Assembly (NCBI GenBank): GCA_040767195.1
Contig: JAXGPA010000003.1
Location: 160,001-224,000, forward strand
Length of the DNA stretch: 64,000 nt
From: Syntrophales bacterium
GTDB lineage: Bacteria; Desulfobacterota; Syntrophia; Syntrophales; UBA6807
Direction of reading: 5' to 3'
The notes under the pieces: generated by a model
What the model was told of the DNA's origin: nothing
What the model saw: the letters and a program-made list of their open reading frames with translations, nothing else
The model's database searches: none
Program-made: the position numbers and the translations under genes
Part shown: positions 1 to 10,354 of the stretch, piece after piece
Layout of the letters: the number at the start of each line of letters is the position of its first letter
Numbering within the stretch: the stretch's first letter is position 1

Positions 1-608
1 CGGCCTCACTGGATAACGGCAAAACCGTTGAAATCGGCGTTTACACCTGGGAAATCTACCGTTTCTTCCTGAAGGACGGGGAGCTTGTCTCCGAGGCCGT
101 CGGTTCCTTCAGCCAGTACCCGGTGCGGCTGGCCTTTGCCGTCACCATCCACAAGAGCCAGGGGAAAACCTTTGAACGGGCCGTCATCGACGTGGGCCGG
201 GGCACCTTCGCCCATGGGCAGATGTACGTGGCGCTCTCGCGGTGCGTATCCCTGGACGGGATCGTTCTGAGGCAGCCGCTCAAGAAAAGCCATATCCTCA
301 TGGACTGGCGGATTGTCCGGTTCCTGACGGGCCTCCAATACGACAGGGCGGAACAGAAGTGTTCCCAGTCGGACAAGCTGGCGATGATCCGTTCGGCTAT
401 CGAGGAAAAGAGAACCCTGGACATCCTCTACCTGAAGGCGAAGGACGTGAAATCCCGTCGCACGATCCGGCCCCTTTCCGTGGGAGACATGGAATACAAC
501 GGGCATCCCTATGTGGGGATGAATGCTTATTGCCTGATGCGCAGGGAAAAACGGGTTTTCAACGTGGACCGGATCCTGGAAATCGGCTGGTCGGAAAAAG
601 ACGGGTGA
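1..608 (+). CDS. Pif1/RecD-like SF1B helicase with C-terminal WYL domain (5'-truncated by window)
   Basis: Frame open from position 3; helicase motifs QYPVRLAFAVTIHKSQG and GQMYVALSR; C-terminal ~75 aa (ILYLKAKDVKSRRTIRP...AYCLMRREKRVFNVDRI) is WYL-like. Confidence 0.85.
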   Translation, partial: ASLDNGKTVEIGVYTWEIYRFFLKDGELVSEAVGSFSQYPVRLAFAVTIHKSQGKTFERAVIDVGRGTFAHGQMYVALSRCVSLDGIVLRQPLKKSHILMDWRIVRFLTGLQYDRAEQKCSQSDKLAMIRSAIEEKRTLDILYLKAKDVKSRRTIRPLSVGDMEYNGHPYVGMNAYCLMRREKRVFNVDRILEIGWSEKDG

Positions 609-653
609 GGCAGGCCGTCGACGGCCTCCCCCGGAAGACGTGGAAGGAAAAAG

Positions 654-690
654 AAAAAGGGGCTGACGGTCATACGCCGGCCCCTTGTTT
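654..690. terminator. Probable bidirectional intrinsic terminator between helicase and tRNA-His
   Basis: AAGGGGCTGACG...CGCCGGCCCCTT hairpin flanked by A-run and T-run. Confidence 0.6.
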
Positions 691-696
691 TATTTA

Positions 697-773
697 TGGG
701 GTGAGTGATGGGACTTGAACCCACAGCCTCCGGGGCCACAACCCGGCACTCTAACCTTTGAGCTACACCCACC
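697..773 (-). tRNA. tRNA-His (GTG)
   Basis: Reverse complement GGTGGGTGTAGCTCAAAGGTTAGAGTGCCGGGTTGTGGCCCCGG...GGGTTCAAGTCCCATCACTCACCCCA; anticodon GTG, G-1:C73 pair, encoded CCA. Confidence 0.97.
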
Positions 774-1076
774 ACAGGGCTTTTCCGGGATTATCCTTTA
801 AAAAAAGAACTCTCCCTCTGAAAGAGCCGATTTCTATCACAAGACAGGGGGTTCGTCAAGAATCGTTTCCGCCGTCCTGGCGCGGATACCGGTCCACCGC
901 CATGGAAGGAAACTCGTCCTGCTGAAACGCCAGGCGGAGGAAGTGTTATGCAAAAGAGACTCTCCATGCAAAAGACCCTGAAGGGCCGGTCTGCGTCTTC
1001 TGTTTTCCGCTGAGACTCCGGCCCGGAGGTCCCGGGTTACCCGTTTCCCAGGTCCTCCCGGAGAGAGCCTGAAGGT

Positions 1077-2720
1077 TTATCTCCCGAAGACCCTCCGGAT
1101 CATTTCCGTCGCCGCCTCCTGGATGTCGTTGAGATGGGCCCTCCCCCTGAAGCTCTCCGCATAAATCTTGTAGATGTTCTCTGTCCCGGAAGGACGGGCG
1201 GCGAACCAGCCGTTTTCGGAAACGACCTTGAGCCCGCCGATGGGCGCCCCGTTGCCCGGCGCCTCGGTCAGGATGGCCAGGACAGGTTCTCCGGCGAGGG
1301 TTTCTTCCCGGACGTCCCGCGATGACAGCCGGGAGAGCCGTTCTTTTTCCTCCGCCGTCGCCGGGATGTCCCGGCGCTCGTAGAGAGGTTCCCCGAACCG
1401 ATCGGCCAGGTCTTTGTAGTGTTCCCCGGGATCCCGCCCGGTGACGGCGAGGATTTCCGCCGCCAGGAGATCCATGAGGATGCCGTCCTTGTCCGTCGTC
1501 CAGACCGTCCCGTCTTTCCGGAGGAAGGACGCGCCCGCGCTCTCCTCGCCGGAAAACCCGCACCGCCCCGATCTGAGGTCCTCCACGAACCACTTGAATC
1601 CCACGGGGACTTCCACGACGTTTCTTCCAAGATGGGCCGCCACCCGGTCGATCAGGGTGCTGCTCACCAGGGTCTTCCCCACGGTCACCTCCGGTCCCCA
1701 GAGGGGGCGATGCTGAAAGAGATACCACACGGACACGGCCAGGTAGTGGTTCGGGTTCATGAGCCCTCCGTGGCGGCACACGATGCCGTGACGGTCGCTG
1801 TCCGGGTCGTTTCCGAAGGCGATGTCATAGCCGCGGCTCAGGTCGATGAGGCTCGCCATGGCGTAAGGGGATGAGCAGTCCATCCGGATTTTCCCGTCGT
1901 GGTCCAGGGTCATGAAACGGAAGGCGGCGTCGACGGTCTTGTTCACGACGGTGAGATCGAGCCCGTATTTTTCGGCGAGAGGTTCCCAGAAAGGGAGAGA
2001 GGCCCCTCCCAGGGGATCCACGGCCATCCGGATGCCCGAAGCCCTGACGGCTTCCAGGTCGACGGCCGTGGAAATGTCGTCGACATAGGGGCCGACGAAA
2101 TCGTGAAACCGCACGTTTTCGCTTTTCAGGGCCTTTTCGTAGCTGACCCTCTTGACGCCCCGGTTGCCGTCGGCCAGATAGCGGTTCGCCTTCTTTTCGA
2201 TGGCGCCCGTCGTTCCTGTCGGTGCCGGCCCGCCGTCGGGGGGGTTGTATTTGAATCCGCCGTCCTCGGGGGGGTTGTGAGACGGGGTGATGACGATGCC
2301 GTCCGCCGGGGCGTCCGGGTCGCGCCGGTTGTGGGTCAGGATGGCATGGGAGATGACCGGCGTCGGGGTGTACCCGGAATCTTTCTGGATGCGCACGGCG
2401 ACGCCGTTCGCCCCGAGGACCTCGAGGGCCGTCCTGTGGCTCGGCTCGGACAGGGCGTGGGTGTCCATGCCCAGAAAGAGAGGACCGCTGATCCCTTCTT
2501 CCCGGCGGTAGTCGCATATGGCCTGAGTGACGGCGACAATGTGGTCTTCGTTGAAAGACCCCGTGAATGACGATCCCCGGTGTCCCGACGTCCCGAAAGC
2601 GATCCGCTGTGCTCTGTCGTCAGGGTCGGGACGCTCCGTGTAGTAGGCCGTTACCAGTCTTGGAATATTGACGAGCATGGAGGGGGGAACGGGTTTCCCC
2701 GCCAGAGGGTGGGTCTTCAT
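1077..2720 (-). CDS. pgm: Phosphoglucomutase (alpha-D-glucose-1,6-bisphosphate dependent)
   Basis: [29 protein letters not shown] motifs; ATG at 2720 with GGAGG RBS. Confidence 0.95.
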   Translation of the reverse strand: MKTHPLAGKPVPPSMLVNIPRLVTAYYTERPDPDDRAQRIAFGTSGHRGSSFTGSFNEDHIVAVTQAICDYRREEGISGPLFLGMDTHALSEPSHRTALEVLGANGVAVRIQKDSGYTPTPVISHAILTHNRRDPDAPADGIVITPSHNPPEDGGFKYNPPDGGPAPTGTTGAIEKKANRYLADGNRGVKRVSYEKALKSENVRFHDFVGPYVDDISTAVDLEAVRASGIRMAVDPLGGASLPFWEPLAEKYGLDLTVVNKTVDAAFRFMTLDHDGKIRMDCSSPYAMASLIDLSRGYDIAFGNDPDSDRHGIVCRHGGLMNPNHYLAVSVWYLFQHRPLWGPEVTVGKTLVSSTLIDRVAAHLGRNVVEVPVGFKWFVEDLRSGRCGFSGEESAGASFLRKDGTVWTTDKDGILMDLLAAEILAVTGRDPGEHYKDLADRFGEPLYERRDIPATAEEKERLSRLSSRDVREETLAGEPVLAILTEAPGNGAPIGGLKVVSENGWFAARPSGTENIYKIYAESFRGRAHLNDIQEAATEMIRRVFGR

Positions 2721-2911
2721 GGGGTCCTCCTTCAATGTCTGTCCTCTTCACAGGCTTCGTAGCATTTTAACAGCAAATCCCGTCCCTGAAAACGAAAATC
2801 CTTTGATTCTCCTGAAAAACACTTGACAAAAAGGTGAGGCCCGTCTATGTAATCCTTCACTTTCGAAATCGCCGCCGGCGGATCGCGAGAAATTCAACGG
2901 GTCGTTCTTCC

Positions 2912-3154
2912 ATGACTAAAAAAGGCAAAAAGGGGCGAATCACCGTCGACCGGGAGTTTTGCAAAGGCTGTTATCTCTGCATTGCCGTCTGCCCCACCGA
3001 ATCTATCGGCATTTCCAGCGAGCTGAACCAGAAAGGGTATTACCCGGCGGAATTCCTCGACGGGAAAACGCCTGGACAGGAAATCCGCTGCACCGGCTGT
3101 GCCACCTGCGCCCTTGTCTGCCCGGATGTGGCCATCGAGGTTTATCGTGAATGA
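2912..3154 (+). CDS. 2x[4Fe-4S] ferredoxin, delta subunit of 2-oxoacid:ferredoxin oxidoreductase
   Basis: CKGCYLCIAVCP and CTGCATCALVCP motifs; first gene of operon. Confidence 0.92.
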   Translation: MTKKGKKGRITVDREFCKGCYLCIAVCPTESIGISSELNQKGYYPAEFLDGKTPGQEIRCTGCATCALVCPDVAIEVYRE

Positions 3155-4229
3155 AAAGGTCCTGATGCGGGGGAGCCACGTGATCGCCGAGTCGGCGATC
3201 CGGGCGGGATGCCGGTTCTATGCCGGGTATCCCATCACACCACAGAACGAATTTACGGAATACATGGCCGGCGCCATGGCGAAACTGGACGGGGGAACCT
3301 TTATCCAGGCCGAGAGCGAGATCGCGGCCATCAACATGGTCATCGGCGCGTCCATGGCCGGGGCCCGGGCCATGACGAGTTCCTCCAGCCCCGGCGTGAG
3401 CCTCAAGCAGGAAGGGATCTCTTTTCTCGCCTCCCAGGAACTTCCCGCGGTCATCGTCAACACCATGCGCGGCGGCCCGGGAATGGGCAACATCGCCCCG
3501 TCCCAGGGGGATTACTTCCAGGCGACCCGCGGGGGCGGTCACGGCGATTACCGGACCATCGTTCTCGCGCCGGGCGGCGGGCAGGAACTGGCGGACCTGA
3601 CGACGAAGGCCTTTGACTACGCCGACCAGTATCGAACGCCCGTGGTCATCCTCGCCGACGGCATGATGGGCCAGATGATGGAACCGGTGGTGCTTCACAG
3701 GCCGGTGGAGCTTTCCGAACTCCCCCCCAAGCCTTGGAAACTGGACGGTGCCGCCGGGAGACCGAGCCACTTCATCCGTTCCCTTCTTCTCAACGTCTCC
3801 CAGGAAGAGGAACTCAACTGGAAACTTGCCCGTAAATACGACAATATCTCCCGGGAAATCCCCCGGGCCGAATCCTACCTCACCGACGACGCCCGGTTCG
3901 TCGTGGTGGCCTACGGCACGGCGGCGCGGATCGCCAAGGGGGCCATCAAGCGGGTTCGGGAAATCGGGCTCAAGGTGGGTCTTTTCAGGCCCATCACCCT
4001 GTGGCCCTACCCGAAACGGGTCCTTTATGAAATGAGCCGTTTCGCCCGGGAGTTCCTGGTTTTCGAGATGAACACCGGCCAGATGGTGGAAGACGTGAAG
4101 CTGTCCCTCGAGGGCCGGGGCAACGTACACTTCTATGGCCGGCCCGGCGGCAGCATCGCCACGCCCGACGAGGTCGCCAAGGTCATCAACAGCCTCTATC
4201 ACCGTCAGCACCTGGAAGAGGAACCCTGA
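3147..4229 (+). CDS. vorB: 2-oxoisovalerate-type 2-oxoacid:ferredoxin oxidoreductase, alpha subunit
   Basis: YAGYPITPQ, QAESEIAA, TSSSSPG, RGGPG, RGGGHGDY motifs; GTG start overlapping delta gene. Confidence 0.88.
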   Translation: MNEKVLMRGSHVIAESAIRAGCRFYAGYPITPQNEFTEYMAGAMAKLDGGTFIQAESEIAAINMVIGASMAGARAMTSSSSPGVSLKQEGISFLASQELPAVIVNTMRGGPGMGNIAPSQGDYFQATRGGGHGDYRTIVLAPGGGQELADLTTKAFDYADQYRTPVVILADGMMGQMMEPVVLHRPVELSELPPKPWKLDGAAGRPSHFIRSLLLNVSQEEELNWKLARKYDNISREIPRAESYLTDDARFVVVAYGTAARIAKGAIKRVREIGLKVGLFRPITLWPYPKRVLYEMSRFAREFLVFEMNTGQMVEDVKLSLEGRGNVHFYGRPGGSIATPDEVAKVINSLYHRQHLEEEP

Positions 4230-4984
4230 TGGAAAAAAAGGTGTTTCAGAGACCGCGATACCTGAAGAAGGTGTCGAACCACTACTGTCCCGGATGCGGC
4301 CACAGCATCATTCATCGCCTCGTGGCCGAGGTCATCGAGGAACTGGGCATCCGCGACCGGACCATCGGCGTTCCCCCGGCGGGCTGTGCCGTTCTGGCCT
4401 ATGACTACATCGACGTGGACATGGGCGAGTCCCCTCACGGAAGAGGCGTGGCCCTCGCCACGGGGATCAAGAGGGTCCTGCCGGACCGGATCGTTTTTTC
4501 CTACCAGGGAGATGGAGACATCGCCGCCATCGGCACCGCCGAGACGATCCACGGGGCGAACCGGGGTGAACGGATCACCGCGATTTTCGTCAACAACGGC
4601 TGTTACGGGATGACGGGCGGCCAGATGGCCCCGACAACGATCGTGGGCCAGTCCTCGACGACCACCCCGGGCGGGCGCCATGCCCTGAGAGACGGCCATC
4701 CCGTGGACCTGAGCGAGATGCTCGCCGTGGCGAAGGGAAGCGTCTACATCGAGCGGACGGCCGTCAACTCGCCGAAGAACATCCTCCGGACCAAGCGGGC
4801 CCTGACCAAGGCCTTCAAGACGCAGATGTCCGGACTCGGTTTTTCTCTCGTCGAAGTCCTGTCCCCCTGCCCCACCAACTGGAAACTCAGCCCCGTGGAG
4901 GCCAACCGCTGGGTGGAGGAAACGATGACGAAGATATTTCCCCTCAAGGTGATCAAGGACGAAACGGGGAAAGAGGAACAGTAA
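4229..4984 (+). CDS. 2-oxoacid:ferredoxin oxidoreductase beta (TPP-binding) subunit
   Basis: YCPGCGH, QGDGD...NNGCYGMTGGQ, LSPCPTNW. Confidence 0.92.
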   Translation: MEKKVFQRPRYLKKVSNHYCPGCGHSIIHRLVAEVIEELGIRDRTIGVPPAGCAVLAYDYIDVDMGESPHGRGVALATGIKRVLPDRIVFSYQGDGDIAAIGTAETIHGANRGERITAIFVNNGCYGMTGGQMAPTTIVGQSSTTTPGGRHALRDGHPVDLSEMLAVAKGSVYIERTAVNSPKNILRTKRALTKAFKTQMSGLGFSLVEVLSPCPTNWKLSPVEANRWVEETMTKIFPLKVIKDETGKEEQ

Positions 4985-5004
4985 ACCAGCGACAGGAATT
5001 CCTG

Positions 5005-5559
5005 ATGAAAAAAACGATTTTTGCCGGGTTCGGCGGCCAGGGCGTTCTCATGATGGGCTACGCCTTCGCCGTGGCCTCCATGCTGGACGGGAAACACGTC
5101 ACCTACCTCCCCTCCTACGGTGCGGAAATGCGCGGAGGAACGGCCAACTGCACCGTGGCGGTGTCGGACGAGGAAATCTTCTCTCCCGTGGCATCCTCTC
5201 CCGACTACGGCGTCATCATGAACAAGCCGTCCATGATCCGTTACGAAAGCGCCATGAAACCGGGCGGAACCATTCTTCTCAATTCAAATCTCGTTGACAT
5301 GGAGCCCTCGCGGCGGGACATCGAGATCTTCAAGGTTCCCGCCAACGACCTGGTCAGGAAGGCCGGAAGCGATCAGACGGCAAACATGATCATGCTCGGC
5401 GCCTTCACGACCCTGACGGGGATGACCTCCCTCGATTCCATCCTGCGGGGCCTGGAAGAAATCACCCGGGGAAAGAAGGCCGCCCTGATGAAACTGAACA
5501 GGGCCTGCCTCGACCTGGGTGCCGAATACGTGAAAAACAGCCTTGCCCAGGGCGGCTGA
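5005..5559 (+). CDS. 2-oxoacid:ferredoxin oxidoreductase gamma subunit
   Basis: AGFGGQG, PSYGAEMRGG, NMIMLGA. Confidence 0.92.
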   Translation: MKKTIFAGFGGQGVLMMGYAFAVASMLDGKHVTYLPSYGAEMRGGTANCTVAVSDEEIFSPVASSPDYGVIMNKPSMIRYESAMKPGGTILLNSNLVDMEPSRRDIEIFKVPANDLVRKAGSDQTANMIMLGAFTTLTGMTSLDSILRGLEEITRGKKAALMKLNRACLDLGAEYVKNSLAQGG

Positions 5560-5590
5560 AACCTTTTATGATGCAGCGAGGAGTGCTTTC

Positions 5591-6019
5591 ATGAAAACGG
5601 TTAAACAGATCGATCTCTCCGTGGAAAACGTTCCCGGATCCCTTTCCCGGGTCAGCGATCTTTTGAGCGAGTATCGGATCAACGTCATCGCCTGTTATGC
5701 CACGGCCCAGGAGCAGGAGTTCAATTTTCACTTCATCGCCAACGACCCCGACAAGGCCATCAATGTCCTTAGCACGGCGGGATACCGCTTCGATGTCCGT
5801 GAGGTCATCGCCTGCGAGATCCCCCATCACCCCGGCGGCCTGAACGCCATCCTGAAGCCCCTGAAGAAAGCGAACATCAACGTGGATTTCATGTATCCCT
5901 GCATCGCCACGGGAGACATCGCCGTCCTCATCGTGGGTCTTCAGGCGCTGCGGGAAGCCCTGAAAATTTTTGAGGACAACTGGATCCGGATCCTCGGAAA
6001 CGAGCTCTACCACATCTGA
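5591..6019 (+). CDS. Tandem ACT-domain (amino-acid-binding) protein
   Basis: KQIDLSVENVPGSL and EIPHHPGGL ACT starts; GGAG RBS. Confidence 0.85.
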   Translation: MKTVKQIDLSVENVPGSLSRVSDLLSEYRINVIACYATAQEQEFNFHFIANDPDKAINVLSTAGYRFDVREVIACEIPHHPGGLNAILKPLKKANINVDFMYPCIATGDIAVLIVGLQALREALKIFEDNWIRILGNELYHI

Positions 6020-7228
6020 TCACGTCAAAGGAAGGTCTTCCCCGTCCGGCGGCTCCTCGTCGGGCAGATTCTTTGCCTTTCTCATTTCCTCGATCTTCAG
6101 GAGAGACCGCTCCAGCTGGTTTCTCCTGACCGAAACGAGGGCCTCGTATTCCCTCTGGGCCTCTTCGATTTTTTTCCCCATCCGCTCCATGGTTCCCACA
6201 AAACCGTTCCATTGCCTGTAGAAAGAGGAAAAGAGCGTGAGAATCCGGGAGGCCGTCTTTTCAAGGTGGAAGTTCTCCACGCCCCGCCGGATCACCGCGA
6301 GAACGGCATAGAGGGTGACGGGCGAACACAGGACCACCTGCCGGGCCATGGCTTCATCCATGATGGTGGTGTCGCACTCGTGGATGAAGGCGAAAACCTG
6401 TTCATTGGGGATGAAAACAATGAGACAATCCACGGTCTGGTCCTCCGGCCGGACGTATTCGCGGGTCGACACGTCCCGGATCCGTAGACGGACGTCCCGG
6501 AGAAACTGGGTTTTGCAGCGCTCCCTTTCCTCGTCACCTTCCGCCTCCACGAAACGGAGATAGTTGTCCAGGGGAAATTTGACGTCCATGTGAACCTTCT
6601 TTCCCCCGGGGAGGAAAAAAGTGTAATCGGGTCGTTTTCCCGTAGACTCCTGGGTTTCCTGTTTCACGTAATTGACGCCTTCGACGAGGCCCGAAGCCCG
6701 GAGCACGTCTTCCGCCATCCGCTCCCCCCACTGTCCCCGTATTTTCGTGTTCGTCAGGGCCGAACGGAGCCCTTCGGCGGTCTCACGAAGCATCCGGGTC
6801 TGTTCCGCCGCGTGACCCATCTGGAATTTAAGTTCCCCGAATTTCTGTTCCCGGTCTTTTTCGAATGTCGTAATAAGTTCCTGGACCTTCAGGAGATCGC
6901 CCTTCATGCCTCCGAGAACCTGGTCGATGAGGGCTTTTTTGCTCTCCAGTTCCCTTCCCCCCATCTCCATCTGGTTTCCCAGGGTTTCCCGGGCCATTTT
7001 CAGGAATTCCTCCGAATTCCGGTACAGGGCCTGGAGGGACAGGGCCCCGAAGGAATCCTTCATGTGGTTGCTCAGGCGGTCGAACTCGGCGGAGCGGTGA
7101 CGGTCCGTTTCATCGAGGATGCTCCGGGCCAGCCCTTCCGCGTTCTGCCAGCGGACGGAGACGAAAACGAGAGCGCCGGTGGCCCCCATAACCATGCCTG
7201 CCATGAAGTAGAAAATCGAGGAATCCAT
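6020..7228 (-). CDS. rmuC: DNA recombination protein RmuC
   Basis: N-terminal TM and coiled coil; RGQWGE, RPD, DVKFPL, FIPNE motifs. Confidence 0.92.
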   Translation of the reverse strand: MDSSIFYFMAGMVMGATGALVFVSVRWQNAEGLARSILDETDRHRSAEFDRLSNHMKDSFGALSLQALYRNSEEFLKMARETLGNQMEMGGRELESKKALIDQVLGGMKGDLLKVQELITTFEKDREQKFGELKFQMGHAAEQTRMLRETAEGLRSALTNTKIRGQWGERMAEDVLRASGLVEGVNYVKQETQESTGKRPDYTFFLPGGKKVHMDVKFPLDNYLRFVEAEGDEERERCKTQFLRDVRLRIRDVSTREYVRPEDQTVDCLIVFIPNEQVFAFIHECDTTIMDEAMARQVVLCSPVTLYAVLAVIRRGVENFHLEKTASRILTLFSSFYRQWNGFVGTMERMGKKIEEAQREYEALVSVRRNQLERSLLKIEEMRKAKNLPDEEPPDGEDLPLT

Positions 7229-7446
7229 TCATTTCTCCTGAAATATGATCTGTTTGCAGCGGCCTCAAAAACGCGGATCGACCCGGGTGGCGAGTCGTTC
7301 AAAAACCGGAGGTCTCCTGCCCTGCTTGAAGGTTGGCGGATTTGTTAAAATTGCATTGATCCTCCCAGGGGTTATATGTTATGCAATTAAATGATGATTT
7401 TTCTCCACGGATACCATGAAAAACATTCCTTTTGGGGGGAAAGGCA

Positions 7447-8670
7447 ATGAAGAAATTCGAAAACCTCATCAGTCTGGCCGTCAAGTCCGAATTTTCCGAC
7501 GTTCACATTGCCGGCGGGTATCCCGTCGTGTTTCGCCATCACGGCACGATCCGGGCCGAACCGGACCTCATCTGGACCCACGAGGAAATCGACCGGCTCG
7601 TCTACGATCTTCTCGATAAAAGACAACTCCAGATGCTCCGGTCCCGGCATTCCGTTGACTTCGCGAAAACCGTTCATTTCACGAGACTCCGGATCAACGT
7701 CTTCAACTCCGTGCGGGGTCTCGCCCTCGCCGTCCGCCTCCTTCCAGGGAAGGTCCCCACCTTTGAAGACCTCAACCTCCATCCCTCCCTCGAGGAGATA
7801 ACCAAGCTCCCTTCGGGCCTCGTTCTCATCTGCGGGCCGACAGGCCAGGGAAAAACCACGACCATCGCGGCCCTCATCGAACGGATCAACCAGACCCGGT
7901 CCGTTCACATCATCACCCTCGAGGACCCCATCGAATACCGCTATTACTCAAAAAGAGCCTTCGTGGAACAGCGGGAGCTGGGAGCCCACATGGTAACCTT
8001 CGAGCAGGGCCTTCTCGACGCCCTCCGGCAGGACCCCGACGTCGTCGTCGTGGGCGAGCTCCGTGAAAGAGGGACCATGCGCCTCACCCTGAACGCGGCG
8101 GAAGGGGGAAACCTCGTCATCGCGACCCTCCACGCCACGACCCCCGAAGACGCCATCTACCGCATCTGCAACGCCTTCCCCCTGGAGGGGCAGGACGAGG
8201 TCCGGTTCCAGATGGCCTCGACGCTCCGGTGGATCATCGTCCAGAACCTCGTCTACCAGGAGGGACTTCGCTACAGGCTTCCCGTTCTTGCTATTCTCAA
8301 GAACACCAGCCCCGTCCGGGGGATCATCAGGGACAACAAGCTCTACCAGCTGGAGAGCACGATCCAGATGGGAAAAGCCGACGGCATGTTCACCAAGGAA
8401 CGGTACCTGAAGGAATTCCTTGAAACCCGTAACGATTTCACACCCCCCGTGAAGGTGTTTCAGCCCTCCGAGGAAGTCAGCCGGGAAAGAATTTACGAGT
8501 CCCCCGTGATGGACGAGGACACGGCGGTCCCGGCGCCCGCCATGAGGGCGATGCGGACGATCGCCGAGACAAAAATGACGGAGGAAACCCTGTCCATCAG
8601 CGCCGACGACGAACCCCTGGTGATCAGTGACAGCCCGCCGCTCCAGGATATCATCGATCGGCTGAAATAG
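7447..8670 (+). CDS. PilT/PilU-family type IV pilus ATPase with C-terminal extension
   Basis: SDVHI, Walker A GPTGQGKTTT, ITLEDPIEY, LRQDPDVVVVGELRE, ATLH. Confidence 0.88.
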   Translation: MKKFENLISLAVKSEFSDVHIAGGYPVVFRHHGTIRAEPDLIWTHEEIDRLVYDLLDKRQLQMLRSRHSVDFAKTVHFTRLRINVFNSVRGLALAVRLLPGKVPTFEDLNLHPSLEEITKLPSGLVLICGPTGQGKTTTIAALIERINQTRSVHIITLEDPIEYRYYSKRAFVEQRELGAHMVTFEQGLLDALRQDPDVVVVGELRERGTMRLTLNAAEGGNLVIATLHATTPEDAIYRICNAFPLEGQDEVRFQMASTLRWIIVQNLVYQEGLRYRLPVLAILKNTSPVRGIIRDNKLYQLESTIQMGKADGMFTKERYLKEFLETRNDFTPPVKVFQPSEEVSRERIYESPVMDEDTAVPAPAMRAMRTIAETKMTEETLSISADDEPLVISDSPPLQDIIDRLK

Positions 8671-8689
8671 GGCGCCGGAAACGCCCCGG

Positions 8690-9685
8690 TCAGAAGGCGA
8701 ACCGGAGATTCGCCGTCAGAAAGGGACCATCCCCGAGGTCAAGGCGGTTCCTGTCCCGGTCACCGTAGTCCTCCCCCTCGAAATAGAACCGGTCGAAGGC
8801 ATAGCCCCCGGTGATTTCGAGGAATACGCGCTTTTTGTAATCAGCGACGATACCGGCGCTGACGCGCTTCTCGTAGTAAAACAGCCGGTCGTCCTCTTCC
8901 CTGCGATCGGCCCTGAAATAGGCGTCGTTCCGCCAGTCAAAACCCATTTTTACCGTGACATGATCGGCCGCCTTCACTCCCAGGGAAGCGCTCACCGTCC
9001 GAACGGGATAATAGAGGAAGGAGAGGGTTACCCGATCGAGGGGGCGCCAGGAGAGGTACGCCATGGGAATGCCCGCCACGGCCAGAAACCGTTCATTGGG
9101 GGAATACCAGTAGAGGAGCCCCGGCAGGGGGATGTTGTTCAGGAACTCGCGGTTGCTCGAATAGAAGACGGAAGCGACCCATCCGTTTCTTTCTCCCCGG
9201 GGAAACCGGATAAAAGCGATTCCGTTGACCACCGATTCGGCTTCTCCTCGAAAGGGCCTGTCGCTGGCGGAGCCCACGGACAGGAGCCCCCCGGCGATCC
9301 GTCCGCCGCTGAGACGCTGCCGGTAAACGCCTCCCAGGTTCAGGTCCCAGAGTGTCCCGGGAAATTCGTCCTTCGTGTCGGGAAAGCGGACATCCGTGTC
9401 GACCTGCACGACACCGGCGTCAGCGACGGCGACGATCTGTCTTTTTTCGTCCTGGAAGCAGGGCGCCGCCACGGAAAGGACCTGCCGGGTTTCCTGAAAT
9501 TTCTCGTTCGTTTGTTTGGTTTCCACTTCCTTCGAATAGTGACCGTGGTACCGAATCTGGAATTCCTGTTTCTCCATGTCGGGACCGATCCACTGAAGGA
9601 GGCCCGATGACTGGGCGAACAGGACACCGGGGAAGAAGATCAAAAAAAAGGCGGAAATGACAGGACCTGTCACAAAAGATTTCAT
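8690..9685 (-). CDS. Putative outer-membrane beta-barrel protein
   Basis: Signal peptide, alternating amphipathic strands, C-terminal ...ANLRFAF (terminal Phe). Confidence 0.7.
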   Translation of the reverse strand: MKSFVTGPVISAFFLIFFPGVLFAQSSGLLQWIGPDMEKQEFQIRYHGHYSKEVETKQTNEKFQETRQVLSVAAPCFQDEKRQIVAVADAGVVQVDTDVRFPDTKDEFPGTLWDLNLGGVYRQRLSGGRIAGGLLSVGSASDRPFRGEAESVVNGIAFIRFPRGERNGWVASVFYSSNREFLNNIPLPGLLYWYSPNERFLAVAGIPMAYLSWRPLDRVTLSFLYYPVRTVSASLGVKAADHVTVKMGFDWRNDAYFRADRREEDDRLFYYEKRVSAGIVADYKKRVFLEITGGYAFDRFYFEGEDYGDRDRNRLDLGDGPFLTANLRFAF

Positions 9686-9722
9686 GATGCCTCTCCTTTT
9701 TAACGGCGAGCGGAAAGAATCG

Positions 9723-10349
9723 TCAACGTTCCTCCGCCGGCCGGATCAATAGGCCGCTCGTGGAAATCCACAGGACCAGTTCTTCTTCAACGCCGGCGGG
9801 CACAAAGGTTGCCGACCCGTACCGGGCGTCGACAAACCATTTCAGAAAAGAGCAGCGGCGGCGCAGATCGAAAAGGTCGATACCCTGCCTTTCCGAAAGG
9901 GCGTAAACCGTCCGTGGTTTTCGTCTTTCCTCTTCCAGGCTGCGGTAACGCCCCGAAACCCTGTCAAGCTCGTAGAGCGTGTGGAGACCGAGAAGATTTC
10001 CCACGGGGGTCCACTTGAGAACATGGGCGTCCACGTAAAGCTCATCGCCTAAAAGTTCGAATGTTTTGACGGCACCGTCTGGAAACTCGAACAAAACGGT
10101 AAAACGCTCTTCCCCGGCGGGATGAACGGACATCCGGGCGACCGCTTCTTCCCGGGTGAACGCCTCATACCCCCGAATCCCAAGGGCCGTCATGGCAAAG
10201 AACCCGGTCATGGCGAGAAGCAGAAGGCATTGAGCCGTCTTTCCGGCGCCCTTGAGCCATTTTCTTTCTTTCACGGTCACGGCCAGCGTGATCAGGGAGA
10301 GAAGGAAAAAAACGGCGAAAAGGATAAAGAGAACGAGGAGAAGGTGCAT
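9723..10349 (-). CDS. Hypothetical membrane-anchored protein
   Basis: Two N-terminal TM helices then soluble domain; ATG at 10349 just after upstream stop. Confidence 0.7.
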   Translation of the reverse strand: MHLLLVLFILFAVFFLLSLITLAVTVKERKWLKGAGKTAQCLLLLAMTGFFAMTALGIRGYEAFTREEAVARMSVHPAGEERFTVLFEFPDGAVKTFELLGDELYVDAHVLKWTPVGNLLGLHTLYELDRVSGRYRSLEEERRKPRTVYALSERQGIDLFDLRRRCSFLKWFVDARYGSATFVPAGVEEELVLWISTSGLLIRPAEER

Positions 10350-10354
10350 GATTC

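Noticed and set aside
527..775. 82-aa ORF MVGVAQRLECR...
   Set aside because: Translation of the tRNA-His gene
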